Assembly (NCBI GenBank): GCA_963813025.1
Contig: CAWEXO010000008.1
Coordinates: 256,001 to 320,000 of the forward strand
Reading direction: 5' to 3'
Length of the DNA stretch: 64,000 bases
Origin: an uncultured Verrucomicrobiae bacterium
GTDB lineage: Bacteria > Verrucomicrobiota > Verrucomicrobiia > Chthoniobacterales > JAFAMB01
Below the pieces are notes generated by a model. The model was not told the DNA's origin and did no database searches. It worked only from the letters and a program-made list of their open reading frames with translations. A program made the position numbers and the translations under genes. This document shows, one piece after another, positions 12,020-22,097 of this stretch (the stretch's first letter is position 1; each line of letters begins with the position of its first letter).

Positions 12020-12972
12020 ATACGACACCATCAACCCAAGCCGTTCTCGAACCGGAGCAACCTCACTGGGTGAGCCGCGCAGCCTTCCCGGTCCTGGTCT
12101 CCATTTTTTTTCTCAATCAAGCGGCCTTGGGTGCCGCCGTGTACCTCAGATCTATCTGGCTTGCGGCCCCCTTAATGTTAACCGCTAGCCATCTTATGCA
12201 CGGAATTTTGATCGGTTTCCATGAGGCGTCTCATGGCCTGCTTCGAAAGAACCGGCGGTTGAACGAAATCGACGGCGTTATCATCGGAGTCATGAGCCTA
12301 ATGAGCTTCAGCCTTTATCGCGCGGCGCATCAACTGCATCACGCACATCTAGCCACTCAACGGGACGAAGAGCTCTGGCCCTTTGTCATTCCCGGAACAC
12401 CCCGCTGGATTCGAGTCCTCTCCGCCATTCTCGAACTTTGTCTCGGCCTGTTTTACACGCCATTTTTATTCATACGCACATTTCTCCGCGCTGGTTCGCC
12501 TATTCGGAACAAAAAACTGCGGCGACGAGTTTGGGCAGAGTTTGCCCTAACTGTCGGCGTATGGTTTTGCATTTTAGGGGCGGTGACCTCGACGGGTGCA
12601 TGGAAATATTTTTTGTGGATGTATCTGGCACCTGCCTATCTGGCCGCGAATATGCAGAGTTGGCGCAAATACATCGAGCACGTCGGATTGACCGGGTCCA
12701 CGGTGAATAGCTCGACTCGGAGCATTGTGGCAAACGGCCCCCTGGGCAGGCTCGTCGCGTTCACTCTGCTCCATGAGCCATATCATGGCGTGCACCATCG
12801 ACATTCCGGACTGCCGCACGCGGAATTACCCCAGTTCGCCGCGGAACTCGCGCCGAAGAATCCGGGGGAGGTAGCGCCGTTTCCGAGCTACTGGAATGCT
12901 TTGATGCACCTTTTGCGCAGCTTGGCCGATCCCCGTGCGGGAGCGCAGTGGCTTGCAGCAACGCCGCCTTGA
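12016..12972 (+). CDS. Membrane fatty acid desaturase family protein
   Basis: His boxes HEASH, HQLHH, HGVHH; TM segments; ATG overlaps the upstream stop (ATGA). Confidence 0.88.
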   Translation: MNTTPSTQAVLEPEQPHWVSRAAFPVLVSIFFLNQAALGAAVYLRSIWLAAPLMLTASHLMHGILIGFHEASHGLLRKNRRLNEIDGVIIGVMSLMSFSLYRAAHQLHHAHLATQRDEELWPFVIPGTPRWIRVLSAILELCLGLFYTPFLFIRTFLRAGSPIRNKKLRRRVWAEFALTVGVWFCILGAVTSTGAWKYFLWMYLAPAYLAANMQSWRKYIEHVGLTGSTVNSSTRSIVANGPLGRLVAFTLLHEPYHGVHHRHSGLPHAELPQFAAELAPKNPGEVAPFPSYWNALMHLLRSLADPRAGAQWLAATPP

Positions 12973-13100
12973 ACAAGCGCTCAATCCTGAGTTCCGCGCG
13001 CCGGCGCGAAAACGCGACCCTCCGATTTGGCGACTCAAAACGAATTATTATTGGCTCCTTGTCGTCTATCAGGGGGCAATCGGTACGATCCTACGAACAA

Positions 13101-13916
13101 TTGAAAATTAACGAGAGTAGAAAAGAAAATCGCCAGACTCCTGCGCCTTGGCAGCTTTCCGGAGCGTCTTCAGCATCATGCGGAGAGCCATTTGCGCTGG
13201 AGGAAGAGGCGGCTAGCCCTGCGGAAGATGTATTCGAGGTTCTGGCCCTTAGAAAACACTTCGATGATGGCCAAGTACAGGCTCTACGAGGTGTGGATTT
13301 GCGGGTGACTCAGGGTGAATTCGTTGCCATTACCGGCCCGAGCGGCTGTGGAAAAACCACTCTGCTTCAAATGCTCGGCGCGCTGAACCGGCCTACTGCG
13401 GGCACCCTGCTCTATCGCGGAAACTCCATCCCTGATCTGCCTGATCCGTCCGTCTATCGCGCCCAGGAGATCGGATTTATTTTCCAGTCATTTCACCTTC
13501 TGCCAACGTTCACCGCACTGGAGAACGTGCAAATTCCGATGTTTGAAAGCGAACTGCCGATTTCGGAGCGGCGAGCTCGAGGGATCGCTTTGCTGAAATC
13601 GGTTGGGTTGGAGCATCGTCTCCATCATTTCCCCGCCAAGTTGTCTGGCGGAGAAAGACAGCGTGTCGGGATCGCTCGCAGCCTGGCTAATAGCCCTTCT
13701 GTCCTGCTCGCGGATGAGCCAACCGGTAGTCTGGACAGCGAGAACGCGCACCTTGTTCTCGACCTGATCGTTCGGGTACACCAGGAGCAGAACATGACTC
13801 TGGTGCTGGTGACACACGACGTGAGTATCGCCCAACGAGCATCCCGAACAATTCAGATGAAGGACGGGCACGTTGTGTCAGATCGTCAAACGACCCTCAG
13901 CGGAAAATATATATGA
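13101..13916 (+). CDS. ABC transporter ATP-binding protein, LolD/MacB type (start uncertain)
   Basis: GPSGCGKT, LSGGERQR, LLADEPTG, VTHD. Confidence 0.92.
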   Translation: MKINESRKENRQTPAPWQLSGASSASCGEPFALEEEAASPAEDVFEVLALRKHFDDGQVQALRGVDLRVTQGEFVAITGPSGCGKTTLLQMLGALNRPTAGTLLYRGNSIPDLPDPSVYRAQEIGFIFQSFHLLPTFTALENVQIPMFESELPISERRARGIALLKSVGLEHRLHHFPAKLSGGERQRVGIARSLANSPSVLLADEPTGSLDSENAHLVLDLIVRVHQEQNMTLVLVTHDVSIAQRASRTIQMKDGHVVSDRQTTLSGKYI

Positions 13917-15028
13917 GCTTCTTTACAGTGGTGGTGCGTGGGCTGATACGTCGTCCGATGCGAACTGGGCTAACGCTTCTGGGCATTTCCATAGGGATCG
14001 CGGCCGTCGTGGCACTAGTCGGTATCGCGCGGGGATTTGATAAGAGCTGGGCGACTGGAATGAAGGCTCGCGGCACCGATGTGGTTGTCAGCGACATGAG
14101 CAGCTCGCTGATCCCGAAGCCGTTTAATATGTCCGTGCGTGACCGTATCGTTCACCTCCCCCATGTGGCGGATACGTGTGCGATTTTGGTCGATTTGATG
14201 AGCGTGGAAAACGTCGAGATGATGATGGTATCTGCGCGAGAGTGGGACGGATTCGCCTGGAAAAACCTTCGGTTAGTTTCCGGGCGGATGCCGCGCGATC
14301 CCGCAGAGCGAACGGTCGTCCTCGGCCGCACTGCGGCCGATGTGCTGAAGAAAAAAGTCGGCGATCCGATCCAGATCGACACTGCCGAATTGACTGTCGT
14401 CGGGATCGTTGATGGCAATGCCTGGGTAGAGAACGGCTCAATCATACTCTCGCTGCCACTTTTTCAGGAAATCACGGGGAACCAGGGCAAGATCAACGTG
14501 ATTGACGTCCGCGTCACACCCTCGACCACACCCGCGGAGGTAGAACATCTCTGTGCGCAGATCAACCAGCTTGTCCCCGAAGGTCGCGCTATGCTGGCCG
14601 GCGAGAACATCAACCACAGCGAGGCATCGCGCATTGTACAGGCCATGAGCTGGGGCACTTCTTTGCTGGCAGTGCTCGTCGGTGTGTTAGGCGTGATGAA
14701 CACCATGCTGATGAACGTTTTTGAGCGCACTCAGGAAATTTGCATCTTGCTCGCACTGGGCTGGAAACGTGCGCGAATCGTTCGCATGGTCTTGTGGGAA
14801 TCGGCTTTGCTCGGCTTCTTCGGCGGCGTTTCCGGCGTGTTGATCGGCTCGGTTGGCGTGAAGGTTTTGGGAGCGGCGCCTGCGATCCGCGGACTCCTCG
14901 AGCCGGACATCAGTATCAGACTTATTGCGACATCAGTGGCGATCGCCGTTGCGGTAGGAGTAGTCAGCGGTCTTTACCCCGCATGGCGCAGTTCGCGGCT
15001 GACGCCTAGCCGAGCTTTGCAGGCTTGA
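13913..15028 (+). CDS. ABC permease, FtsX/MacB/LolE type
   Basis: RTGLTLLGISIGIAAVV, large periplasmic loop, ERTQEICILLALG, YPAWRSSRLTP; ATGA coupling to the ATPase. Confidence 0.9.
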   Translation: MSFFTVVVRGLIRRPMRTGLTLLGISIGIAAVVALVGIARGFDKSWATGMKARGTDVVVSDMSSSLIPKPFNMSVRDRIVHLPHVADTCAILVDLMSVENVEMMMVSAREWDGFAWKNLRLVSGRMPRDPAERTVVLGRTAADVLKKKVGDPIQIDTAELTVVGIVDGNAWVENGSIILSLPLFQEITGNQGKINVIDVRVTPSTTPAEVEHLCAQINQLVPEGRAMLAGENINHSEASRIVQAMSWGTSLLAVLVGVLGVMNTMLMNVFERTQEICILLALGWKRARIVRMVLWESALLGFFGGVSGVLIGSVGVKVLGAAPAIRGLLEPDISIRLIATSVAIAVAVGVVSGLYPAWRSSRLTPSRALQA

Positions 15029-15062
15029 GCGGTCCGAACGAACCATGCAATCGCGTCAACCG

Positions 15063-15858
15063 ATGAAGTTGCGCCTTGCCGGCACCGTCCTTAGTCTCGC
15101 GTTGTCGGTTCAGCGCTGGCGCCGCCAATAGCGAACCGTCCGCCAAAGATCTCGCCGCAAGCCTGGCCGCCCGGCAGGAGGGCACAGCATACGTGCGCTT
15201 GCGTCTGGAGACGAAACAGCCGGGCGGCGCGACAAAGACGATGCTCCAACTGCAGCTCAAGGAGCGCCACACGAAAACAGCTGGCGATGTCGTTTACCAG
15301 GTCCTTTGGCCTAAAGAGCGAAAAGGAGAAGCTGTTCTTTTACACAAAGCAGCGAGTCAGCCTCCGACCGGATCGATTTTCACTCCTCCGGACAAGCTGC
15401 GCTCTCTGAACCCCTCGGAGATGAAGGATAGCTTGTTCGGCAGCGACCTCTCTTACCTGGATGTTATCGAAGACTTCTTCACCTGGGACAACCAGGCAAT
15501 CGTCGGCACCGAGGTTCTGAACGGAGTGAACTGCGTCATTCTCGAGTCGAAGCCGAGCAAAGCTGAATCTTCCGTTTACGGCAGAGTGCGCAGCTGGATA
15601 GACCCTAAGCGGCTCGTGCCAGTCCGCATCGAAAAATACCTGCCCTCGGGCGAACTCGCGCGGCGCATCGAGACGGTTCGAGTGGCTACGGATGATACCG
15701 GTCATCCCATCCCCGCCGATCTCACGGTGCGCGTTCCGCGGGAAGATTCGGTGACCGAAGTGGATGGGTCGCGGATTAGACACGATGTGACCTTTTCCGA
15801 TCGCGAATTCACGCCAGAAGGCCTGAAAGAACTCTCGGCACCGAAAAGCGCACCGTAA
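15063..15858 (+). CDS. LolA-like outer membrane lipoprotein-sorting protein (apparent 1-bp frameshift in the signal peptide, ~15108)
   Basis: ATG 15063 gives MKLRLAGTVLSLALSV, which joins SAGAANSEP; motifs DSLFGSDLSYLD, CVILESKP, YGRVRSWID, FTPEGL. Confidence 0.75.
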
Positions 15859-15984
15859 GGAAAGCGGCGGGAGCGGAGGGAGCGGGTTCGGCGGAGGGAG
15901 GTAGCTGAAGAGTTGAGGAGTTCACCGTTTTGCGCTACCTCCCTCCGCTGAACCCGCTCCCTGCGCTCCCGCCGCTTTCCTTAC
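15855..15984. repeat. Long GC-rich palindrome (REP/MITE-like copy 1); may also terminate convergent transcripts
   Basis: 15855-15905 is the reverse complement of 15934-15984 with 2 mismatches over 51 bp; 28-nt loop. Confidence 0.9.
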
Positions 15985-16282
15985 CGCTTCCTCCACATAC
16001 GACTTCAGTATGAGCGCGTTATTATGTTCAGTGTCGTGCGCACTGTAGAGGAGCGTCAGGTTGCCGGGCCGGGCCGCATCGACCAGCGGTTTCCAGGCAG
16101 CCGGGTTCTCGGTTAACTCGGCTCGATACCGCCGTTGGAATTCCTTCCATTTGGCAGGATCGTGGTTGAACCAGCGGCGCAGATCGCTGCTTGGGGCGAC
16201 ATCCTTGCGCCAGGCCTGCATGCGCAGCGCTTCCTTCTTCATCCCGCGCGGGCGGATCATAAACTCGTTTGATCTGGATCAT
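15922..16282 (-). pseudogene. DUF488/YeaO family gene with internal deletion and frameshift
   Basis: MIQIKRVYDPP jumps frame to PRGMKKEAL..KDVAPSSDLRRWFNHDP..LTLLYSAHDTEHNNA; the usual DGxRxLVDRLW segment is missing; the 3' end runs into the palindrome. Confidence 0.75.
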
Positions 16283-16310
16283 GGCGACGGTGTTGGCGAA
16301 AAAGAAAAAT

Positions 16311-16459
16311 CTCACACAAAGACACGAAGACACAAAGGAAAGCGGCGGGAGCGGGTTCAGCGGAGCCAGGTGTCGCGAGAGGGTGAACTCCTCAACTGTT
16401 CAGCTACCTCCCTCCGCTGAACCCGCTCCCGCCGCTCCCGCCGCTTTCCTTTGTGTGAG
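16311..16459. repeat. REP/MITE-like palindrome copy 2, inverted relative to copy 1
   Basis: Arms AAGGAAAGCGGCGGGAGCGG / CCGCTCCCGCCGCTTTCCTT; internal GGTGAACTCCTCAACTGTTCAGCTACC is a near-exact reverse complement of the copy 1 loop. Confidence 0.85.
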
Positions 16460-16528
16460 GCAGGTAGATTTGCAATACTTTCTTGAGTAGACAAGAATCT
16501 TGTTTGGACCGCTGGCGGCTAACTACTG

Positions 16529-17308
16529 ATGAAATCAGAGTGGTGGCGTGGAGCAATAATTTATCAAATTTATCCGAGAAGCTTTCTCGACGTGAACGGG
16601 GATGGCATCGGAGATCTGCCAGGCATTAACCAGAAACTCGACTACGTCCGTTCCTTGGGCGTGGATGCCCTCTGGATCTCACCATTTTTTAAGTCACCAA
16701 TGCGCGACTTCGGTTACGACGTCGCCGACTACCGCGCCGTGGATCCGATTTTTGGCACCAACGCGGATTTTGCTGCGTTGATCTCCTCGGCGCACCGAAG
16801 AGGTCTGAAGATCATCATCGACATGGTTTTGGCCCATACCTCCAATCAGCACCGCTGGTTTCAGGAGAGCCGGCATAACCGGACAAACCCGAAAGCGGAC
16901 TGGTACGTTTGGATTGACCCGAAGCCCGACGGCACACCTCCAAACAACTGGCAGGCGGCATTTGGTGGCTCAGCTTGGCAGTGGGATTCACGGCGCAGGC
17001 AGTACTATCTTCATCATTACCTAAGCAGCCAACCGAACTTGAATTGGCATAATCCGCAAGTTGTCCATGCCATGTTTGATGAGGTACGTTTTTGGTTGGA
17101 GGCAGGCATCGACGGGGTTCGCCTCGATGCGATTACAACCCTCGCTCATGATCCTGAATTGCGAGATAATCCTGCGCGCCGCGTTGATCAGCGCGATCTG
17201 CAGCCGATTCGCTGGCAGGAGTGGGTCTACACTCGCGACCAACCGCGTACTTTGGAACTGCTGACCGAAGAGATCTTAGTTAGTCAGATGCAAAGGACCT
17301 TGGACTAG
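16529..17308 (+). pseudogene. GH13 alpha-glucosidase, N-terminal half only
   Basis: WWRGAIIYQIYPRSF, DGIGDLPG, DFGYDVADY, PPNNW, GIDGVRLDA; ends at 259 aa, before the remaining catalytic motifs. Confidence 0.85.
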
Positions 17309-17326
17309 ATGAATTGCCTTCTCCGT

Positions 17327-18412
17327 TTAGAAAAGGTCGAATGGGCCATCGAAAAATCTTGCCGCGCTCCCCAGGTCCATTCCGTCTGCAAAGGCCCTAA
17401 TCGCTTTTTGCGTCTCGATTGAAAATTTTAAGTCATCATTCTGGGAGACCCCCGCTAACTGGTCACTTAGGTCTGGCCAGATCAGGGCCAACTCGTATCC
17501 TTTCTCTTGCAGCTTCTGGAGCCTTCGAAAAACAGCCGTAGCATTGTGATTCAGATCGTCACCCTTCAGAGTTGGCCAAGAACCTCGAAGAGCCATCGCT
17601 CCTTCTATCTCACCGACGAACGGTTTCTTGCAGTCCGGAAAATACCTCTTTGAATCAGCCTTGGGTAAATAGTGCCTGAGAGGAATCAATTTGCCCGGGC
17701 CGTCCTTTGCCCCTCCGTAATAGTGAAACTGCGGATCCGTTCCTCTCGGAAATTCTGATACATTGCGGGCGAAGGCGAATCCAACCGTAGAGGGAACGAT
17801 GATTTCGTCGAGGCATGCGCTCAGGAACTCCTTAAGCTGGAATTTCCGTAAGGTCCCCTGCGGTCGAATGAGTGGGGTATACACTTCCCACTCCGGTTCA
17901 TTCATGACATCAAACGAATAGATAGCTGCTCGCTGTGACGGACTCAGCGCGGCCAACAGCTTCTTCAACGTCCCATTCACGAACACGTTGCGCTTTCCTT
18001 CATCGATAACTAGATCGATTTTTCCGCCGCCCGGATTGTCGCAGATTCGCAGGATAGGAGATTGAGAAAAACCAAAATCAAGCAATACCGGAATCAGATT
18101 AACTCCGCTATTCCTCGCTATATCAACGAGCCTGACGAACCGTTTGACCACGAGGTCATCAAGTTCCGGAGCTGGGGTAAACTCCCAATTTGTCGCGATC
18201 TCTTCTGACAATCCTGGAGAGCGCAGCTTCGGCGGGTTGCCAGACAGCCCTTGGCCGACGGCAAAAAGCCAGACCCGAATGCAGCTAACCCCAAGTTTCT
18301 GAAGTCTTCCGAAATTCTTCGGAACCGTTTTCTCCCAATCTCGGCCGTCATCTGGCTGGAAAAGAAATGCCCACAGATTGTATGGCCAGGCATAATTCAC
18401 GCCCACGTTCAT
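17327..18412 (-). CDS. Clan GH-A (GH5-like) glycoside hydrolase-like protein
   Basis: GVNYAW, IRVWLF, FDVMNEPEW (acid/base), QFHYY, FVGE (putative nucleophile). Confidence 0.55.
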   Translation of the reverse strand: MNVGVNYAWPYNLWAFLFQPDDGRDWEKTVPKNFGRLQKLGVSCIRVWLFAVGQGLSGNPPKLRSPGLSEEIATNWEFTPAPELDDLVVKRFVRLVDIARNSGVNLIPVLLDFGFSQSPILRICDNPGGGKIDLVIDEGKRNVFVNGTLKKLLAALSPSQRAAIYSFDVMNEPEWEVYTPLIRPQGTLRKFQLKEFLSACLDEIIVPSTVGFAFARNVSEFPRGTDPQFHYYGGAKDGPGKLIPLRHYLPKADSKRYFPDCKKPFVGEIEGAMALRGSWPTLKGDDLNHNATAVFRRLQKLQEKGYELALIWPDLSDQLAGVSQNDDLKFSIETQKAIRAFADGMDLGSAARFFDGPFDLF

Positions 18413-18531
18413 CGGGGTCTACTTTGTGGATGCGAACGAGGAGCAAGACAAACACTGATTCGAATGATCACACTGGCTTCGCTGTCGCAATCTGGCCCTG
18501 CTCTATTATGGTACGGCGGAGGGAACGTGAA

Positions 18532-18780
18532 TCACGCTGCTCCCAATTTTCGCAACGGACGTCCTGCGCGGAGATCGCGTTCAATGCGCTCGAGGGGCAC
18601 TCCCCTGGTTTCAGGCACGAAGCGAAAGCAGAACCAAAGGCCGACCAACGAAAGCACAGCGTACAACAGAAACGTCGAAATACTGCCGAGTCCATTCAGT
18701 AAGCTCAGAAACGTGAGTGACACTACAAAGTTGCTAAGCCAGTTAGCCATGGTCGCGACGGCGGCCGCTTGACCCCGTCG
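18532..18780 (-). pseudogene. Sugar porter MFS C-terminal fragment
   Basis: RGQAAAVATMANWLSNFVVS..VPETRGVPLERIE. Confidence 0.85.
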
Positions 18781-18898
18781 TTCCAAAAGCGTGGGGAGCG
18801 GCCATCAGAAACACTCTACTAGAATCCTGACTGTGGTTCGTGGTATTTCACATCCCGCGGACAGAAAAATCATTTCAGTTAATCATAGATGAATATAA

Positions 18899-19456
18899 AT
18901 GAAAAAGGAATTCTCAACAAAACATCGTGAAGAACTACTCAATACGTTAAAAGCCAGTTTTGAGAAAAACATCAATCGCCATAAAGGTCTTGAATGGGCA
19001 AAAGTACAAGCAAAGCTGGAAGCGAATACTGAAAAGCTGTGGTCGCTGAATGAAATGGAAAGAACCGGTGGTGAACCGGATGTTGTTGGCCACGATAAAA
19101 AGACAGGCGAATACATTTTTTATGATTGTTCCCCGGAAAGCCCTAAAGGCCGCAGAAGTGTTTGCTACGACCGTGAAGCGCTGGAGTCGAGGAAAGAACA
19201 TAAACCAGAAGATAACGCTATTGATATGGCGGCTGCCATTGGCATTGAGCTTTTAACGGAAGAACAATATCGAGAATTGCAGAAACTTGGTAATTTCGAT
19301 ACGAAAACGTCGAGCTGGGTGAAAACACCTTCTGATATCAGAAAACTCGGCGGCGCCCTCTTTTGTGATCGCCGCTACGACACTGTTTTCGTGTATCACA
19401 ACGGTGCGGAGTCTTACTACGCTGCTAGGGGGTTCCGCGGCTCGCTAAGGGTCTAA
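18899..19456 (+). CDS. DUF4256 family protein
   Basis: MERTGGEPD, ESPKGRRSVCYD, FDTKTSSW, LGGALFCDRRY, YHNGAESYY. Confidence 0.85.
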   Translation: MKKEFSTKHREELLNTLKASFEKNINRHKGLEWAKVQAKLEANTEKLWSLNEMERTGGEPDVVGHDKKTGEYIFYDCSPESPKGRRSVCYDREALESRKEHKPEDNAIDMAAAIGIELLTEEQYRELQKLGNFDTKTSSWVKTPSDIRKLGGALFCDRRYDTVFVYHNGAESYYAARGFRGSLRV

Positions 19457-19639
19457 TGGAAAAGCCGGTTTGGACCGAAAGGTTTAGGCAGGCCCTCGCC
19501 GATTTCGTGAAGGCGAACCGGAGACCTACTCGTGATGATGATCGTCGAATATGTCAGTAACCGGCGTTTTTTAGATCGTGATTCGCTCTATCTCGTCGAG
19601 TGAAATCTCGTCCTGTCGGCGCGTTTCTCGACCGCTGAT

Positions 19640-20190
19640 TTGCTTCCCTTAGAACGAGTGCAAATCGATCACACACTGGTTGACGTGGTTATAGTCGATG
19701 AAGGCGATCGGCTACCGATTGGCCGCCCCTGGTTAACGCTCGCTATCGATGTGGCGAGCCGGGCGGTTCTCGGCTTTTCGGTCTCGCTCGATGATGGCGC
19801 TCACGTCCTGCTGGAACTGTGGTTACTCCCTGCTTTTTTGCGATCCTGAGAGCTCAACCTCGTCCATGGTGGTAGAGATAATTGGCTTGGAAAGCGCCAT
19901 TTTGACGATGGTGGCAGGAAATTCGCCCAATCCACGCTGGGCCGGACGGCTTTGCGCCAAAGCTTTCACCGAAAAACTCGGAACTTGATGCAACGCCTGA
20001 CGACAACGACGGACGACCGGGTGCCACTCTTTGTCCGAATAGCCGATGCCGATCCGCGCTTGCGTCATTACCTTTTCGGACGGCAGCGTCGCGGGATGCG
20101 AATCGAGAGATTGTCTTGGTACTGGCGCTTCTTGCTGATGATAATCCTTGTGCGCCATCTTAATTCCAGAGAGGAAACCGGGCCTGTCCA
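19640..20190 (+). mobile_element. Tn7/Tn5053-like remnant: TniA/TnsB DDE core fragment joined to a probable TniQ C-terminal fragment
   Basis: PLERVQIDHTLVDV..IGRPWLTLAIDVASRAVLGF at 19640-19792, then an abrupt switch to LTSCWNCGYSL (Zn knuckle); the TniQ call is weaker than the TniA call. Confidence 0.65.
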
Positions 20191-20202
20191 TCTCTGGGGT
20201 CC

Positions 20203-20499
20203 GTGGAAGCGTGCCCTGCTCTTCTGGCCGTGCTTTCGAAGTCGACCATGCCGGCCGTGAGCAAGGCTTTGGCACTGGAGTACGCAGCGAATAACATCCG
20301 GTTCAACACGGTGTCGCCCGGCAACGTCAACACGCCGATGCACGCCAAGGATAATCATGCGGCGCTGGCGAAGTTTCATCCCCTCGGTCGGATGGGTGAA
20401 ATTTCTGACATCGTCGACGCGGTGCTCTATCTCCAGAACGCCACGTTCGTAACGGGGGAAAACCTCCGAGTGGATGGCGGGGTCCATGCCAGTCGATAA
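20203..20499 (+). pseudogene. SDR oxidoreductase C-terminal fragment
   Basis: LALEYAANNIRFNTVSPG..FVTGENLRVDGG. Confidence 0.8.
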
Positions 20500-20510
20500 T
20501 AATTCCACCG

Positions 20511-20740
20511 CCAGATACCGATGGTTATCCCAATCCATGATTGCCACCGTATCGCCCCGCTCCACCCCCAAGCTGGCGAGACCTGAGGCGAGCCTTCCGA
20601 CTCGCTCGGCGAACTGACAATAGGTGAGCCGATTCTGGTTGGCAGACACGATCTCCTGATCCGGGGCGCGTGTGACCCCCGATTCCAGCAAACCCTTAAT
20701 CAACAATGGGAAACCGTAGGCTGACAACGTTTGCGCGATG
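20511..20740 (-). pseudogene. Acyl-CoA ligase 5' piece
   Basis: SAYGFPLLIKGLL..RLTY..GDTVAIMDWDNHRYL, which continues at 23328 on the other strand. Confidence 0.85.
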
Positions 20741-20762
20741 GACCCTCTTTTTCCGGAGCTTT

Positions 20763-21324
20763 TTAGCCGTCAACCATCCGCTGGTGAGAACGATAGAGAC
20801 CGAAGAGGGTTACTGCCGATCGGTTTACCAATTGCTCTGTGGCGGGGCCTGAGCCGCCACAGAGCGTGGTAAGCCAATCGAGCAGCTCACCCACTTCGCG
20901 TGACGGCGGCGGCGCCAGACCAAAACCACTTCCAATGATCGCTATTAGCCTCTTGGAGAACTGTTGCGCTCGCTTGCGATAACTCTTCAGCAGCCCCTCC
21001 CATCGCCGCTCGACTTCCCCAAGTTCCTTGCCTAAGAAGAAGCGTTCTACTAAGGCGTTGTTCAACAGCCGATAGGAAAGCGCAAAACTCGGTAACAGAC
21101 TCACGGTGCGCTGGCAGCCGTGGCAAAAAAAAACGCCGCACCCGGATCCGCACTAATCCCCGAACTTCCCTCATGGCGCTGACCCAGCGCTCCTAGTAAC
21201 CGTGCGCTTCCAAAGGCCCACGTTTGCCGCAATTCGCACACTCCGCCGGCCGGCCAATCGCCCGTTCCAGCCCTCTTTCCACATACTGGTCTGGACTCCA
21301 AGAAAGCTTCACGATTCTCTGCAC
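20763..21324 (-). pseudogene. DUF6431-like Zn-binding, transposon-associated gene, with stop and frameshift
   Basis: Manual translation: CANCG..HGY*ERWV..IRVRRFF(fs)CHGCQRTVSLLPSFALSYR. Confidence 0.6.
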
Positions 21325-21529
21325 GACTGGACGCTATAATTCGTTCGCCGATCTGTGGCGACGATAAACTAACGACCCCTTGCCCAGTCAGACAACCAAC
21401 CTCTTTCCCAAACTCTCAACGGAAAATTTCTCACTACTTCCGGGCTCAATCCGACTCCCGTTTCCGGAAACAGCACGGAACGTTACACCAGTGCTTCCGG
21501 CTTTTTCCTCTCTGCTGTATCTTAGCCCT

Positions 21530-21778
21530 GTGCCTATCACTATTGAGCTTCCGGATCTTGCTTCTCAGAACAGCTCCTGGCCCGTTGGCGGGAGATCCTG
21601 GCCGATCCAGAACTCGCCAGACTTCCCTATCGCATCGAGACTGATCACGCCACATCATTTATGAGGCCGCCCCCGGCTCCGCTCCACGGCCAGCGCCAAG
21701 TCGATATCGCTCTCCTTCTGCATCAGCTGCTTCCAGGCAGCCGCACCTTGTCGGAGTGCCCTGTTTCCACCGCATCGA
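21530..21778 (+). pseudogene. Uma2 (DUF820) endonuclease-like 5' fragment
   Basis: RWREILADPELARLPYRIETD..MxPPPAPLHGQRQ..ECPVSTA across frameshifts. Confidence 0.65.
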
Positions 21779-22097
21779 ACGGCTGGTCGGGAGTAGGACT
21801 GCTGAGAACCTCGGAGTCTCCCTCGACCCTCGACCAACCCTGGAAACCCGGCCACTTGCGCTCCGCCTACGGCGCCATCTGTTCCCACAAGTTCAAACCC
21901 CCGAACATCACCGACGATATCTTCCTCGGACATAAACTCCTCGGACCCAATGCCTCCCTCACGGTCGGCCAGAGTTATCAGGATTTTTACATTCGAAACT
22001 CCTGATCCAGCCCTGTTAGGATAGGAGGGCTATTCCACACACTTATGACACCGGAAAAAGCCTATGCTAAAGCCCTACAACGTATCCGGCAAGCCGG

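Noticed and set aside
20068..20727. 219-aa ORF as a novel fusion protein
   Set aside because: Chance read-through from the ligase fragment into the antisense strand of the SDR fragment
22045..22097. MTPEKAYAKALQRIRQA, resembling the start of an LRR-type protein
   Set aside because: Only 17 codons, too short to support
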